Shown here piece after piece: positions 36,903 through 45,313 of a stretch of 64,000 bases of DNA. The DNA comes from an uncultured Candidatus Saccharibacteria bacterium (GTDB taxonomy: Bacteria > Patescibacteriota > Minisyncoccia > Phycocordibacterales > DATDWN01). The notes under the pieces are model-generated. The model did not search any database and was not told where the DNA came from. It saw only the letters and a program-made list of their open reading frames with translations. Position 1 is the stretch's first letter; the number at the start of each line of letters is the position of its first letter. Where the stretch lies: positions 47,402 through 111,401 of the forward strand of contig CAZTQY010000003.1 of assembly GCA_964616425.1 (NCBI GenBank), written 5' to 3'. Both the position numbers and the translations under genes were made by a program.

Positions 36903-39164
36903 ATGTACCTCAAGTCTATAGAACTAACAGGTTTCAAATCTTTTGCAAAAAAAGCAGAGCTTAACTTTACGTCTCGTGTTTCTGCTATCGTAGGTCCTAA
37001 CGGTTCTGGAAAGTCCAATATCGCAGAAGCTTTCCGTTTTGTGCTAGGTGAGCAGTCTATTAAAAGTTTGCGCGGTAAAAAAGGTGAAGATCTTATTTTC
37101 AATGGAGCAGGTGATTTGCCTCGAGGAAATAGAGCAAGTGTGAAAGTAACTTTTGATAATAGTTCAAAGTTTCTACCGTTAGACTATGAGTTGGTAACTA
37201 TTGAACGCATTGTGCACAGAGACTCAGTGAACGAATACATGATAAACGGATCCCAAGTTAGACTGCGAGACGTTGTTGAGCTTTTGTCGTCTGCTCATAT
37301 CGGAGCATCTGGTCATCATATTATTTCTCAGGGTGAGGCTGACAGAATACTAAATGCTAGTATAAAAGAACGAAAGGCAATGATAGAAGATGCTCTTGGT
37401 TTGAAACTATATCAATATAAAAAACAAGAAAGTGAAAGAAAGTTAGAAAAGACTCGAGAAAATATTGAGAAAGTAGAGTCGTTACGTCGAGAAATAATGC
37501 CTCATCTAAAGTTTTTGAAAAAGCAGGTGGAAAAGGTAGAAAAGGCGATACAGATGAAAGACGAGTTGCAGAAAGAGGCTTTAGAGTACTGTAAACGTGA
37601 AGATGAGTACATAAAGCGAACAGAAGAGAAGATCAAAACTTCAAAAGAACCTCTGATTCACAAAGAAAAAGAGTTGGATAAAGAGCTTGCCGAGGCAAAG
37701 TCTATTTTGGAAAATGCAAAAGATAAAGATGGTTTGTCAGAGGAACTTATTCAGTTGGAAAATGATTTGCACAAAGCTAGGGATGAAAAAGATGGTCTCT
37801 TTAGGGACTTTGGACGTATAGATGGAGAGTTGAACTCTTTGGTTAGGATGGTTAAAAAGCAACAGGAAGTGGCTAACTCGATGGAGCATAAAACAGTAAC
37901 TCTGGTTTCTGTCGAGGATCTTTCCAAAAAAATAGAAGATAGAGTTCAAAAAGCAAAAGAGACAAAAGACGTAGATGCGCTTTTATCTGCCTTGGACGAA
38001 GTTTATAATCTCGTTTCAGATTTTATTGACTACAACAAAGACAAAGTTGAAATGACTTTGATAGAAGATGTGCAGAGAGATATCGATGCTCTGCAAAAGT
38101 CTAAAAAGGAGTTAGAAACAAAACTAGAAGAAATAAAAAAACGTGAAGGGGATTTGTCTGAGTCATATAACAAACTAAAAACAGAAATAGAAAAGGAAAA
38201 GGACTCTAACAGAGATGCAGAAAAAGCAGTTTTTAGAATCATGGCAGAGTCACAAGAAGTACGCTCACAGATTCATAGTATACATTCTGATGAAGAAACT
38301 TTGAGAGTTGTAAAAGAAGATTTTAAAAGAGAACTTACAGAGCTTGGTATGCTTTTGGGTACACATGTATTACAGTTCCAAAATCTTGAATACGACTTTA
38401 GTGAGCCACGTCATGAACAAGACGAGCGAAGACGAAGAATAGAGAAAATTAAAATCCGTTTGGAAGATTCAGGTGTTGCGGGTGGGGCTGAGACACTAAA
38501 GGAATACACAGATGCAACTGAACGAGATGAGTTCCTGGCAAAAGAACTTTTGGATTTAGAAAACTCGGCAAACTCACTCACTGAACTTATAAAGGATTTG
38601 GATGTTCGACTTTCGACAGAGTTCAAAACTGGTTTGGATAAAATAAACCATCAGTTCAAAGAATATTTTGCTCTTATGTTTGGTGGAGGTGAAGCACATC
38701 TTTCTGTTTCCTTGCCACCAAAAAAGAAGAAGGACACTGACTTAATGATGGATGATGGAGAAGATACTTTCAGCGACGCTCCATCTATGACAGCTGAGGC
38801 CGAAGGCTCCGATGGTATCGACATCGAGGTTAATTTACCAAAGAAAAAAGTTAAGGGTCTCATGATGCTTTCCGGAGGAGAAAGGGCTCTGACATCTATT
38901 GCGCTTTTGTTTGCTATATCACAGGTTAACCCACCACCATTTATTATTCTTGATGAAACTGATGCCGCACTCGACGAAGCAAACTCAAAGAAATATGCAG
39001 ATATGATAGAAAATCTTTCAAAGTATTCTCAGCTTATTGTGATAACTCACAATAGAGAGACAATGTCTCGCGCAGGATTATTGTACGGAGTAACTATGGG
39101 AATGGGTGGGGGATCGAAACTGCTATCCGTCGCCTTCGAGGAAGCACTAGCCGTCGCAAAGTAA
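36903..39164 (+). CDS. smc: SMC-like chromosome segregation ATPase (short form)
   Basis: N-terminal Walker A GPNGSGKSN, long coiled coil, C-terminal LSGGE signature and Walker B ILDETDAALD. Confidence 0.8.
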   Translation: MYLKSIELTGFKSFAKKAELNFTSRVSAIVGPNGSGKSNIAEAFRFVLGEQSIKSLRGKKGEDLIFNGAGDLPRGNRASVKVTFDNSSKFLPLDYELVTIERIVHRDSVNEYMINGSQVRLRDVVELLSSAHIGASGHHIISQGEADRILNASIKERKAMIEDALGLKLYQYKKQESERKLEKTRENIEKVESLRREIMPHLKFLKKQVEKVEKAIQMKDELQKEALEYCKREDEYIKRTEEKIKTSKEPLIHKEKELDKELAEAKSILENAKDKDGLSEELIQLENDLHKARDEKDGLFRDFGRIDGELNSLVRMVKKQQEVANSMEHKTVTLVSVEDLSKKIEDRVQKAKETKDVDALLSALDEVYNLVSDFIDYNKDKVEMTLIEDVQRDIDALQKSKKELETKLEEIKKREGDLSESYNKLKTEIEKEKDSNRDAEKAVFRIMAESQEVRSQIHSIHSDEETLRVVKEDFKRELTELGMLLGTHVLQFQNLEYDFSEPRHEQDERRRRIEKIKIRLEDSGVAGGAETLKEYTDATERDEFLAKELLDLENSANSLTELIKDLDVRLSTEFKTGLDKINHQFKEYFALMFGGGEAHLSVSLPPKKKKDTDLMMDDGEDTFSDAPSMTAEAEGSDGIDIEVNLPKKKVKGLMMLSGGERALTSIALLFAISQVNPPPFIILDETDAALDEANSKKYADMIENLSKYSQLIVITHNRETMSRAGLLYGVTMGMGGGSKLLSVAFEEALAVAK

Positions 39165-39325
39165 ACTTCCAAATTTGGCGAATACCACAAGAGTACTTCT
39201 TGTTTTATAAACAAAACAAAGTCGCTCCTCGTTCCCAAATTAAAAATATTCGTCACCTTACAGGTGTAAGGCTCCTCATCTTTTTAATTTCTCACGTCGG
39301 ATTTCATTCAAATTATGAAAGTTTG
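39165..39325. mobile_element. MITE-like repeat, family alpha copy 2 (with about a 40-bp internal insertion relative to copy 1)
   Basis: Starts directly after the smc stop. Same TIRs and the same tcgtcacctta..taaggctcctcatctttttaatttctcacgtcggatttcat core as 7113-7230. Confidence 0.45.
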
Positions 39326-39333
39326 GTGTACTA

Positions 39334-39363
39334 TTGACTATATAGTCAAGATAGTGGTATAAT
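39334..39363 (+). promoter_or_regulatory. Promoter TTGACT-18-TATAAT for cassette H
   Basis: ttgactatatagtcaagatagtggtataat. Confidence 0.5.
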
Positions 39364-39395
39364 ATGTAAGTATAGTTCGTTAACAATTACTTGTG

Positions 39396-39446
39396 AAGTG
39401 GTTAGCCAAAAGCCCCTGAAAATCAAGGGTTTTTGGCTAACCACTT
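39396..39446 (+). promoter_or_regulatory. Leader hairpin with 20-bp perfect stem between promoter and cassette H gene; candidate attenuator or regulatory structure
   Basis: aagtggttagccaaaagccc ctgaaaatcaa gggtttttggctaaccactt. Confidence 0.4.
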
Positions 39447-39510
39447 CTGGAAAGCCCCTTAACTCGCGGGTAGCGAGAAACTTCTCGGCAATTAGCCGAA
39501 AAGGAGAAGT

Positions 39511-40044
39511 ATGATCAAGAACAGCGAACTCAACTTGGGTCAGATCGAGGCGATCGTCAACAAGCTTGGTGGGATGAGTGGTGTTGACCGTTTCCTCGCT
39601 GGTGAGTTGGTTGTCGTCCCGGCATATTCTGCCGTTGTGGACTACAGCCAGTCACTTGTTGAGATGGTCTCTGCAGGGAAGTACGACTGGGTGAGCGAGG
39701 GTATCACTGAGAAGAACTTCCCTAAAACCATGTCGGGCAAAGTTCGGGTCAATTTCGAACTTGTCCACTTCAATCGGAACATCACGTCGGACATCGCAGT
39801 GATGGGGCTCGGTGGGATGGGATTACGCCCTGCGACCATCTGGGAACTTCTAGCATTCGGGGCTAAGTACCCCGAACTTCAGAGAGAGTTTCCTGTCGTC
39901 GCCCTAGGATCGGTCGCCAAGATTGAGGATTCTCGTCATGTTGTCGGTTTCTTCATGATTGTTTCCAAGCGGAGTGTTGATCACCTCTGCACGTGGGGTC
40001 ATGATTGGACACGTAACGTGCGTTTCCTCGCCGTTCGCAAGTAA
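39511..40044 (+). CDS. High-GC cassette H gene 1: hypothetical 177-aa protein
   Basis: SD aaggag, GC about 55%, followed by a terminator. Confidence 0.5.
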   Translation: MIKNSELNLGQIEAIVNKLGGMSGVDRFLAGELVVVPAYSAVVDYSQSLVEMVSAGKYDWVSEGITEKNFPKTMSGKVRVNFELVHFNRNITSDIAVMGLGGMGLRPATIWELLAFGAKYPELQREFPVVALGSVAKIEDSRHVVGFFMIVSKRSVDHLCTWGHDWTRNVRFLAVRK

Positions 40045-40106
40045 GAAAATTGGATTCGTGCTCTTCTCCATAAAAAGAGAGCTCCTCGCCTTGGAGGTCA
40101 AAGGTG

Positions 40107-40135
40107 GCCCAGCATACGTGCTGGGCTTATTCGTA
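40107..40135 (+). terminator. Terminator after cassette H gene 1
   Basis: gcccagcatacgtgctgggc followed by ttattcg. Confidence 0.45.
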
Positions 40136-40280
40136 TATAAATTAAAGTAGTGTTATTCCAAGACTCTCGACAATCGAGGTCTATAGTGATTGCTTCGAAC
40201 TTCACTCAGTTTATGAAAGTTTGAGAGGAATAATTTGACTTTTGTAAAAATTGTGTTAGATTCTTTGGTGGAGAAATTAT

Positions 40281-40484
40281 ATGACAATCATGCATGTTAT
40301 CGGAATTATTGGGTGCCTCAAAAATCGGCGCCCTGTGTCGGAAAGACAGGTTGTGGAAGTGCGAAGGGCTCTTGACCACAACCACTCCCTTCGTTCAAAA
40401 GTGGCTCACCAGTACGGGGTTTCTGTCGAGAAAATCGGCGAGATCCTCAACATGAAGCCACATCTTCCACCACGGAGGCGTTAG
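40281..40484 (+). CDS. High-GC cassette H gene 2: small HTH-type DNA-binding protein (67 aa)
   Basis: Own promoter TTGACT-16-TAGATT, SD ggtggag, and an HTH-like ..LRSKVAHQYGVSVEKIGEIL segment. Confidence 0.45.
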   Translation: MTIMHVIGIIGCLKNRRPVSERQVVEVRRALDHNHSLRSKVAHQYGVSVEKIGEILNMKPHLPPRRR

Positions 40485-40514
40485 ACTAGACATATTTTTC
40501 TGTTCGCGGATTGG

Positions 40515-40549
40515 GGGCTCGGAGACATGATCTCTGAGCCCTTTGTGTT
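40515..40549 (+). terminator. Terminator of cassette H gene 2 (abuts the rnr stop)
   Basis: gggctcggagacatgatctctgagccc followed by tttgtgtt. Confidence 0.5.
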
Positions 40550-42473
40550 ATTGCAAAGCATAGTCCAAAACTCTACGATCTAGATCTGCAGAAACTACTT
40601 TGAATTTTACTGAGTCACCTAGCATAAACTTCTTTCCAGTTTTTTCACCTTTGAGTGTGTAGTTTTTTTCATCGAGAGAGTAAAAGTCATCACCGATGTC
40701 ACGTATCTTTACCATGCCTTCGCATTTTGTTTCTTTGTCTTCAATAAAAATTCCAAACTCTGAAACGCCTGTGATAGTTCCATCAAAAGTCTCACCGATA
40801 TGTTCCATCATGTATTCCACTTGTTTGTATTTAACACTAGCTCGCTCAGCATCACTAGCTCTTTTTTCAAGCTCACTTGAGGCTATACATATACTCTCGA
40901 ACTTTTGGTATTCATCTAGTTCTATTTTACCGCCTTTCAGTTCTCTCTCTAAAAATCTATGAACTAACACGTCTGGGTATCTTCGGATAGGAGAAGTAAA
41001 GTGTGTGTAGTAAGCGAAGGCCAAACTAAAATGTCCAATATTTTTTGTTGAATAAACTGCTTTTTGCATACTTCTAACTGTCGCGGTATTTATGAGTTCC
41101 TCGTTTGGAGTACCTTTTGCATCAGCTAGGAGTTTGTTCAGATCTTTTGAAGTTACTTCTCCGTCTTCGTTGTGTAGATCAAAACCAAGAGCTTTTAGGA
41201 AAGTTGCTAGGTCTTTGATTCTGTCTTTGTCTGGTTTTGCGTGGATGCGATAAACTGACTGCCAACCTTTTTTCTTTATATCTTGGTTCTGAGACATAAA
41301 AATAAACTTTGCTACTGCTCTGTTAGCTAGGAGCATGTATTCCTCAACCAGTTTGTGAGTATCGAGTCTGTGTTTTCTGTATACAGATATAGGTTTTCCT
41401 TTTTCGTCTAATATAAATTTTACCTCATCTGTATCAAAAACCATCGCACCATTTTTAATTTTATTTTTTTCAAGAATTTGAGCAATTTCTCGAAGTTTAA
41501 GTAGTTCATTTCTGTATGGGCCATCTTGTTTACCATCGATAACTTCTTGCGCATCTTCGTAAGTAAAACGTCTGTCACTATGTATAACTGTTCGGCCAAA
41601 CCATTCTTCTAATACTTTTCCGTCACCTGACATTTTAAATACAGCAGAAAATGTTAGCTTGTCCTCGTTCGGGTTCAGTGAACATAGGTCATTGGAAAGG
41701 ACTTCTGGAAGCATGGGTATGGTTCTGTCGACTAGGTATACAGATACTCCTCGTTTCTCAGACTCACGATCTAGTTCTGAACCAGGTGTTACAAAGTGAG
41801 ATACATCGGCGATGTGTATTCCTATCTCATATATGTCATCACCAAGGTCTTTGAAAGAAATAGCATCGTCAAAATCCTTTGCTTCCAAAGGATCTATCGT
41901 CATAGTGATTGTGTCACGCATGTCCCTTCTATTTTTTATTTCGTCAGAGAGAGTTTTTTTGTAGTTCGCTAGAACTTCCTCGGCTTCTGCTTCTTCTGCA
42001 GGAGGGAATTCAACACGAAATCCTTTTTCCAAAACTATAGACTCCATTTCTGCATTGTTTTCACCTTTTTTACCGATAACTTTTACTATTTCTCCACGTA
42101 GAGTATCCCAGTCAACTATTTTTACTAGAACTTTTGTGTCTATTGGAACATTTTCAACATTGTCTAGAAAAATATCTACATACATTCTTTTGTCATCTGG
42201 TACTACAAATGTTTTACCATCGTTTGTTTCAACTGTTCCAACAAACTCTTCTTTGACTCGTTTTATTATTTTCTCAACTTTGCCTTGTTCTCGATTTTTT
42301 ATTTTTTGTCCAAGCAAAACAACTTCAACTGTGTCTCCATGGAAAGCTCGGTTCACATTTGAGGGTTGTATTTCAATACTATTTGTTCGGTCTTTTACTT
42401 CTGGGTTAGGATCAAAAAAACCAACGCCTTTTGAGTTGATGCTTATGGGACCTATTAGAGAATCTTTTTTCAT
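40548..42473 (-). CDS. rnr: Ribonuclease R / RNase II family exoribonuclease
   Basis: RNB domain (DPLEAKDFDDAIS), OB folds, and a C-terminal S1 domain. Confidence 0.9.
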   Translation of the reverse strand: MKKDSLIGPISINSKGVGFFDPNPEVKDRTNSIEIQPSNVNRAFHGDTVEVVLLGQKIKNREQGKVEKIIKRVKEEFVGTVETNDGKTFVVPDDKRMYVDIFLDNVENVPIDTKVLVKIVDWDTLRGEIVKVIGKKGENNAEMESIVLEKGFRVEFPPAEEAEAEEVLANYKKTLSDEIKNRRDMRDTITMTIDPLEAKDFDDAISFKDLGDDIYEIGIHIADVSHFVTPGSELDRESEKRGVSVYLVDRTIPMLPEVLSNDLCSLNPNEDKLTFSAVFKMSGDGKVLEEWFGRTVIHSDRRFTYEDAQEVIDGKQDGPYRNELLKLREIAQILEKNKIKNGAMVFDTDEVKFILDEKGKPISVYRKHRLDTHKLVEEYMLLANRAVAKFIFMSQNQDIKKKGWQSVYRIHAKPDKDRIKDLATFLKALGFDLHNEDGEVTSKDLNKLLADAKGTPNEELINTATVRSMQKAVYSTKNIGHFSLAFAYYTHFTSPIRRYPDVLVHRFLERELKGGKIELDEYQKFESICIASSELEKRASDAERASVKYKQVEYMMEHIGETFDGTITGVSEFGIFIEDKETKCEGMVKIRDIGDDFYSLDEKNYTLKGEKTGKKFMLGDSVKFKVVSADLDRRVLDYALQ

Positions 42474-42540
42474 ATTGCCGTTATAGTATCAAATAATGTG
42501 TTATTTGACCATTTTATAAAGTTTTGTTACTATAGGGGCC

Positions 42541-42990
42541 ATGTTAAAAATACGATTACAGAGAGTAGGAAGAACTCACGAGCCATCATTTCGGCTTGTT
42601 TTGACTGATTCAAAGAATGCAACAAAGAGTGGAAAGTACGTAGAGTCTCTAGGTAGCTTTGATGCTAGAAGAGGAGAAAAGGCAGAGTTTAAAGCTGATA
42701 GAATAAAAGAGTTGATAGGAAAAGGAGCTCAACCTACAGATACAGTTCACAATCTACTTGTTTCAAAAAAGATAATAGAAGGAAAGAAGATTAATGTTCT
42801 TCCGTTGAAAAAAGCTATAGTGAAAGATGTTCCTGCAGAAGCGGTATCTGCTCCTGTTGCAGAGACACCTGCACCAGCTCAAGCTGAACCAGTTGTTGAG
42901 GCAACTCCAGAGGTAGCTCCAGAAGCCCCTGCACCTGCTCCTGCTGAAGTACCTTCAGCTGAAAATCCTACTCCAGAAGCAACTGCATAA
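42541..42990 (+). CDS. rpsP: Ribosomal protein S16 with Ala/Pro/Glu-rich C-terminal extension
   Basis: MLKIRLQRVGRTHEPSFRLV motif. Confidence 0.9.
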   Translation: MLKIRLQRVGRTHEPSFRLVLTDSKNATKSGKYVESLGSFDARRGEKAEFKADRIKELIGKGAQPTDTVHNLLVSKKIIEGKKINVLPLKKAIVKDVPAEAVSAPVAETPAPAQAEPVVEATPEVAPEAPAPAPAEVPSAENPTPEATA

Positions 42991-43062
42991 GCTGTTGACT
43001 CATTGTATATATACTATTAAAATTAATACCGTAAAGGTTTGGTTTATAATTAACTGAAATCC

Positions 43063-43380
43063 ATGGAAAAAGACGTAGAATTTCTTGATTTTGTTATAAA
43101 AGCTTTGGTTGAGAAACCAGAAGACGTAAAAATAGTTCGAACCGTAGATGAGATGGGTGTGCTTATGACTTTGGATGTTAACAAAGACGACATGGGTAAA
43201 ATCATTGGTCGTGAAGGTAACACAGCAAAGGCGATTCGAACACTTCTTCGAGTTGTTGGAATGAAAAATAACTCAAGAGTAAATCTAAAGATAAATGAAC
43301 CAGCTGATAGTGGCCGAGATATGAAACCAACTAGTGCCACAAAGTCTCTTGATGAGGCAATGTCTGATCTAAATCTTTAA
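43063..43380 (+). CDS. KH-domain RNA-binding protein (KhpA/YlqC-like)
   Basis: KIIGREGNTAKAIRTLL (GxxG loop of a KH domain). Confidence 0.8.
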   Translation: MEKDVEFLDFVIKALVEKPEDVKIVRTVDEMGVLMTLDVNKDDMGKIIGREGNTAKAIRTLLRVVGMKNNSRVNLKINEPADSGRDMKPTSATKSLDEAMSDLNL

Positions 43381-43401
43381 TTTGATATCTATAATTTAAA
43401 T

Positions 43402-43432
43402 AAAAGCACCCTAACTGGGTGTTTTTATTTTG
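43402..43432 (+). terminator. Terminator after the KH gene
   Basis: gcaccctaactgggtgt followed by ttttatttt. Confidence 0.5.
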
Positions 43433-43484
43433 GTAAAACTGTGTTATAATAACCGGAGAAATTTAACCCCGGACAGGAGGGCGG

Positions 43485-43889
43485 ATGGCTATGACTGTCG
43501 TCATCTCGAGTAGGGTCCTAAAGTGGACATTGGTGTTGGTTTTCGCCATGTTCGTTGGCAGTTTGGTACTGCCGACACCTCAGGAACTGGTCAGAGATTT
43601 CCAGATCCAACTGCTCATCGAAGAGCAGAACAAGATCTGTGGAATGCTCGAGGCTGAACTTGAGGCAAGCATCCACCAGCTGTACGGAGTTCCTCAGGAT
43701 CTGATTTTGCCCAAGTCAGTCCAGGAGAACTTTCGTCTGAGGTACGCATCATCCAAGGCTTTTACGGAAGAAGGTGCGCGAAGCCTCGACGATGCAATTC
43801 TGGCCTGTACGGTCAGAACCAAATGGCAAAGTCTGGTTGATAGGATAAGTGAGGGAGCTTTCCCTCATAGATACCAGTCAGCTGACTGA
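43485..43889 (+). CDS. High-GC cassette I: hypothetical protein with N-terminal TM/signal segment
   Basis: Extended -10 tgttataat upstream, SD ggaggg, and a strong terminator. Confidence 0.5.
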   Translation: MAMTVVISSRVLKWTLVLVFAMFVGSLVLPTPQELVRDFQIQLLIEEQNKICGMLEAELEASIHQLYGVPQDLILPKSVQENFRLRYASSKAFTEEGARSLDDAILACTVRTKWQSLVDRISEGAFPHRYQSAD

Positions 43890-43899
43890 CACGGGGGAT

Positions 43900-43932
43900 C
43901 AGGGGAGGCCACAGTGGCCTCCCTTTCTCATA
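43900..43932 (+). terminator. Terminator of cassette I
   Basis: ggggaggccacagtggcctccc followed by tttctcat. Confidence 0.6.
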
Positions 43933-43965
43933 TACAAAAATAGAAAATTGTGGTATAAATTCGGA

Positions 43966-44619
43966 ATGAATTTTCATATCATAAGTCTTTTTCCTAACGC
44001 ATTCGACTCATATCTAAATGAGTCTATTATTTCTCGTGCAATAGAGGATAAGAAAATTAAAGTCAGTTTTTATAACCCTCGTGATTATTCTGATGATAAA
44101 TGGAAAAGGGTTGATCAGAAACCATATGCTGGTGGCCCAGGTATGGTTATTCAGGCTCTGCCTGTCATCAAAGCAATACAGAAAGCTTTGATGAAGTTAA
44201 AAGTTAAAAGTAAAAAGTCGAAAGTAAAGATTATTTTTTTCTCTCCTGGTGGGAAGGAGTTTAATACAGACTATGCAAAAAAATCTGCAAAAAAATACAC
44301 TGATATTATTTTTGTTTGCGGGAGATATGAAGGTATTGATGCTCGAGTAAAAAAAGTTTTTAAAATGGAAGATGTATCTATTGGAAATTATGTTTTAACT
44401 GGTGGCGAGTTGCCAGCTATGGTGTTGATCGATTCTATTTCTCGACAGGTTGAAGGAGTGCTCGGTAACTTTAACTCTCTAGAGGAGTCGCGTGTTTCTA
44501 GTCACGACTCATACACAAGGCCAGAAGTTTTTGAATATAAAAAGAAAAAATACAGAGTGCCAAAGGTTTTGCTTTCAGGAAATCATAAAGAGATTGAGGA
44601 GTGGAAAAGAACTAGATAG
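43966..44619 (+). CDS. trmD: tRNA (guanine37-N1)-methyltransferase
   Basis: SPOUT knot motifs: ISLFPN, GGPGMV, YEGIDARV, NYVLTGGELPAMVLIDS. Confidence 0.9.
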   Translation: MNFHIISLFPNAFDSYLNESIISRAIEDKKIKVSFYNPRDYSDDKWKRVDQKPYAGGPGMVIQALPVIKAIQKALMKLKVKSKKSKVKIIFFSPGGKEFNTDYAKKSAKKYTDIIFVCGRYEGIDARVKKVFKMEDVSIGNYVLTGGELPAMVLIDSISRQVEGVLGNFNSLEESRVSSHDSYTRPEVFEYKKKKYRVPKVLLSGNHKEIEEWKRTR

Positions 44620-44629
44620 AATTTTTTAG

Positions 44630-44750
44630 AGACAAAAACTTTTCCAGCGAAAAGTTTTTTCTGTCCTCAGCCTTGATTTGTCAATGAGCTCTGATTACAG
44701 AGTCGTTGACAAAGCCATGCTCAAGGCTTGCGGATGCTCTAAAAAACGTC
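44630..44750. ncRNA. Candidate structured RNA element gamma, copy B
   Basis: Shares the conserved blocks of copy A. The long-range helix covaries (agccttga/tcaaggct), as does the internal hairpin (ctctg/cagag). Confidence 0.4.
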
Positions 44751-44848
44751 TATCTAGTTCTTTGTGTTTTGGGTAACAAAAAACACCACTCCGACCCAAG
44801 GGGGAAAATTTCTCCCACCTTGTGTCGACGCGGCGTCGTGTGTACTGG

Positions 44849-45223
44849 CTAGACTGCGGCGAGCTGCTGTCCGTGAGCTGTCTGCGGATGCTCGCTCCGG
44901 TTCTCGTTGAAGAGCTCTTCGTACCGGCGGTGCATTTCCGCCTGCTCCTCGAACACGGCGATGAAGGCCGCCAAGGCCTTGGACTGATTCGCCTTGTGTT
45001 CTTCGCTCGATTCCATGTGTGAGCGAACGACGCCGGACTTGAGCATGTCGTTGATGGTCGTGGGTCCCTTGTCGCGCTTGACGATCTTGATGATCTTCAC
45101 CCCGCTCAGGACGGCCGCTGCCATCATGAGTTCTTCCTCGTAGGCCATGCAGGGATGTTCCTGCAACAGGCACTGAACCGACTTACCTTTCAACTTCTCG
45201 TACGTGCCGATCGTTTCCGACAT
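44849..45223 (-). CDS. High-GC cassette J: hypothetical 124-aa protein
   Basis: SD ggagg at 8 nt on the minus strand, GC about 58%. Confidence 0.5.
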   Translation of the reverse strand: MSETIGTYEKLKGKSVQCLLQEHPCMAYEEELMMAAAVLSGVKIIKIVKRDKGPTTINDMLKSGVVRSHMESSEEHKANQSKALAAFIAVFEEQAEMHRRYEELFNENRSEHPQTAHGQQLAAV

Positions 45224-45313
45224 GTGTCTGCCTCCAGGTGAGAATCTTTACATTATATTTTTTTACTGTCAAATACTTTTCCACCTTTTTGTATTGCTGG
45301 TACAATAACTAAC

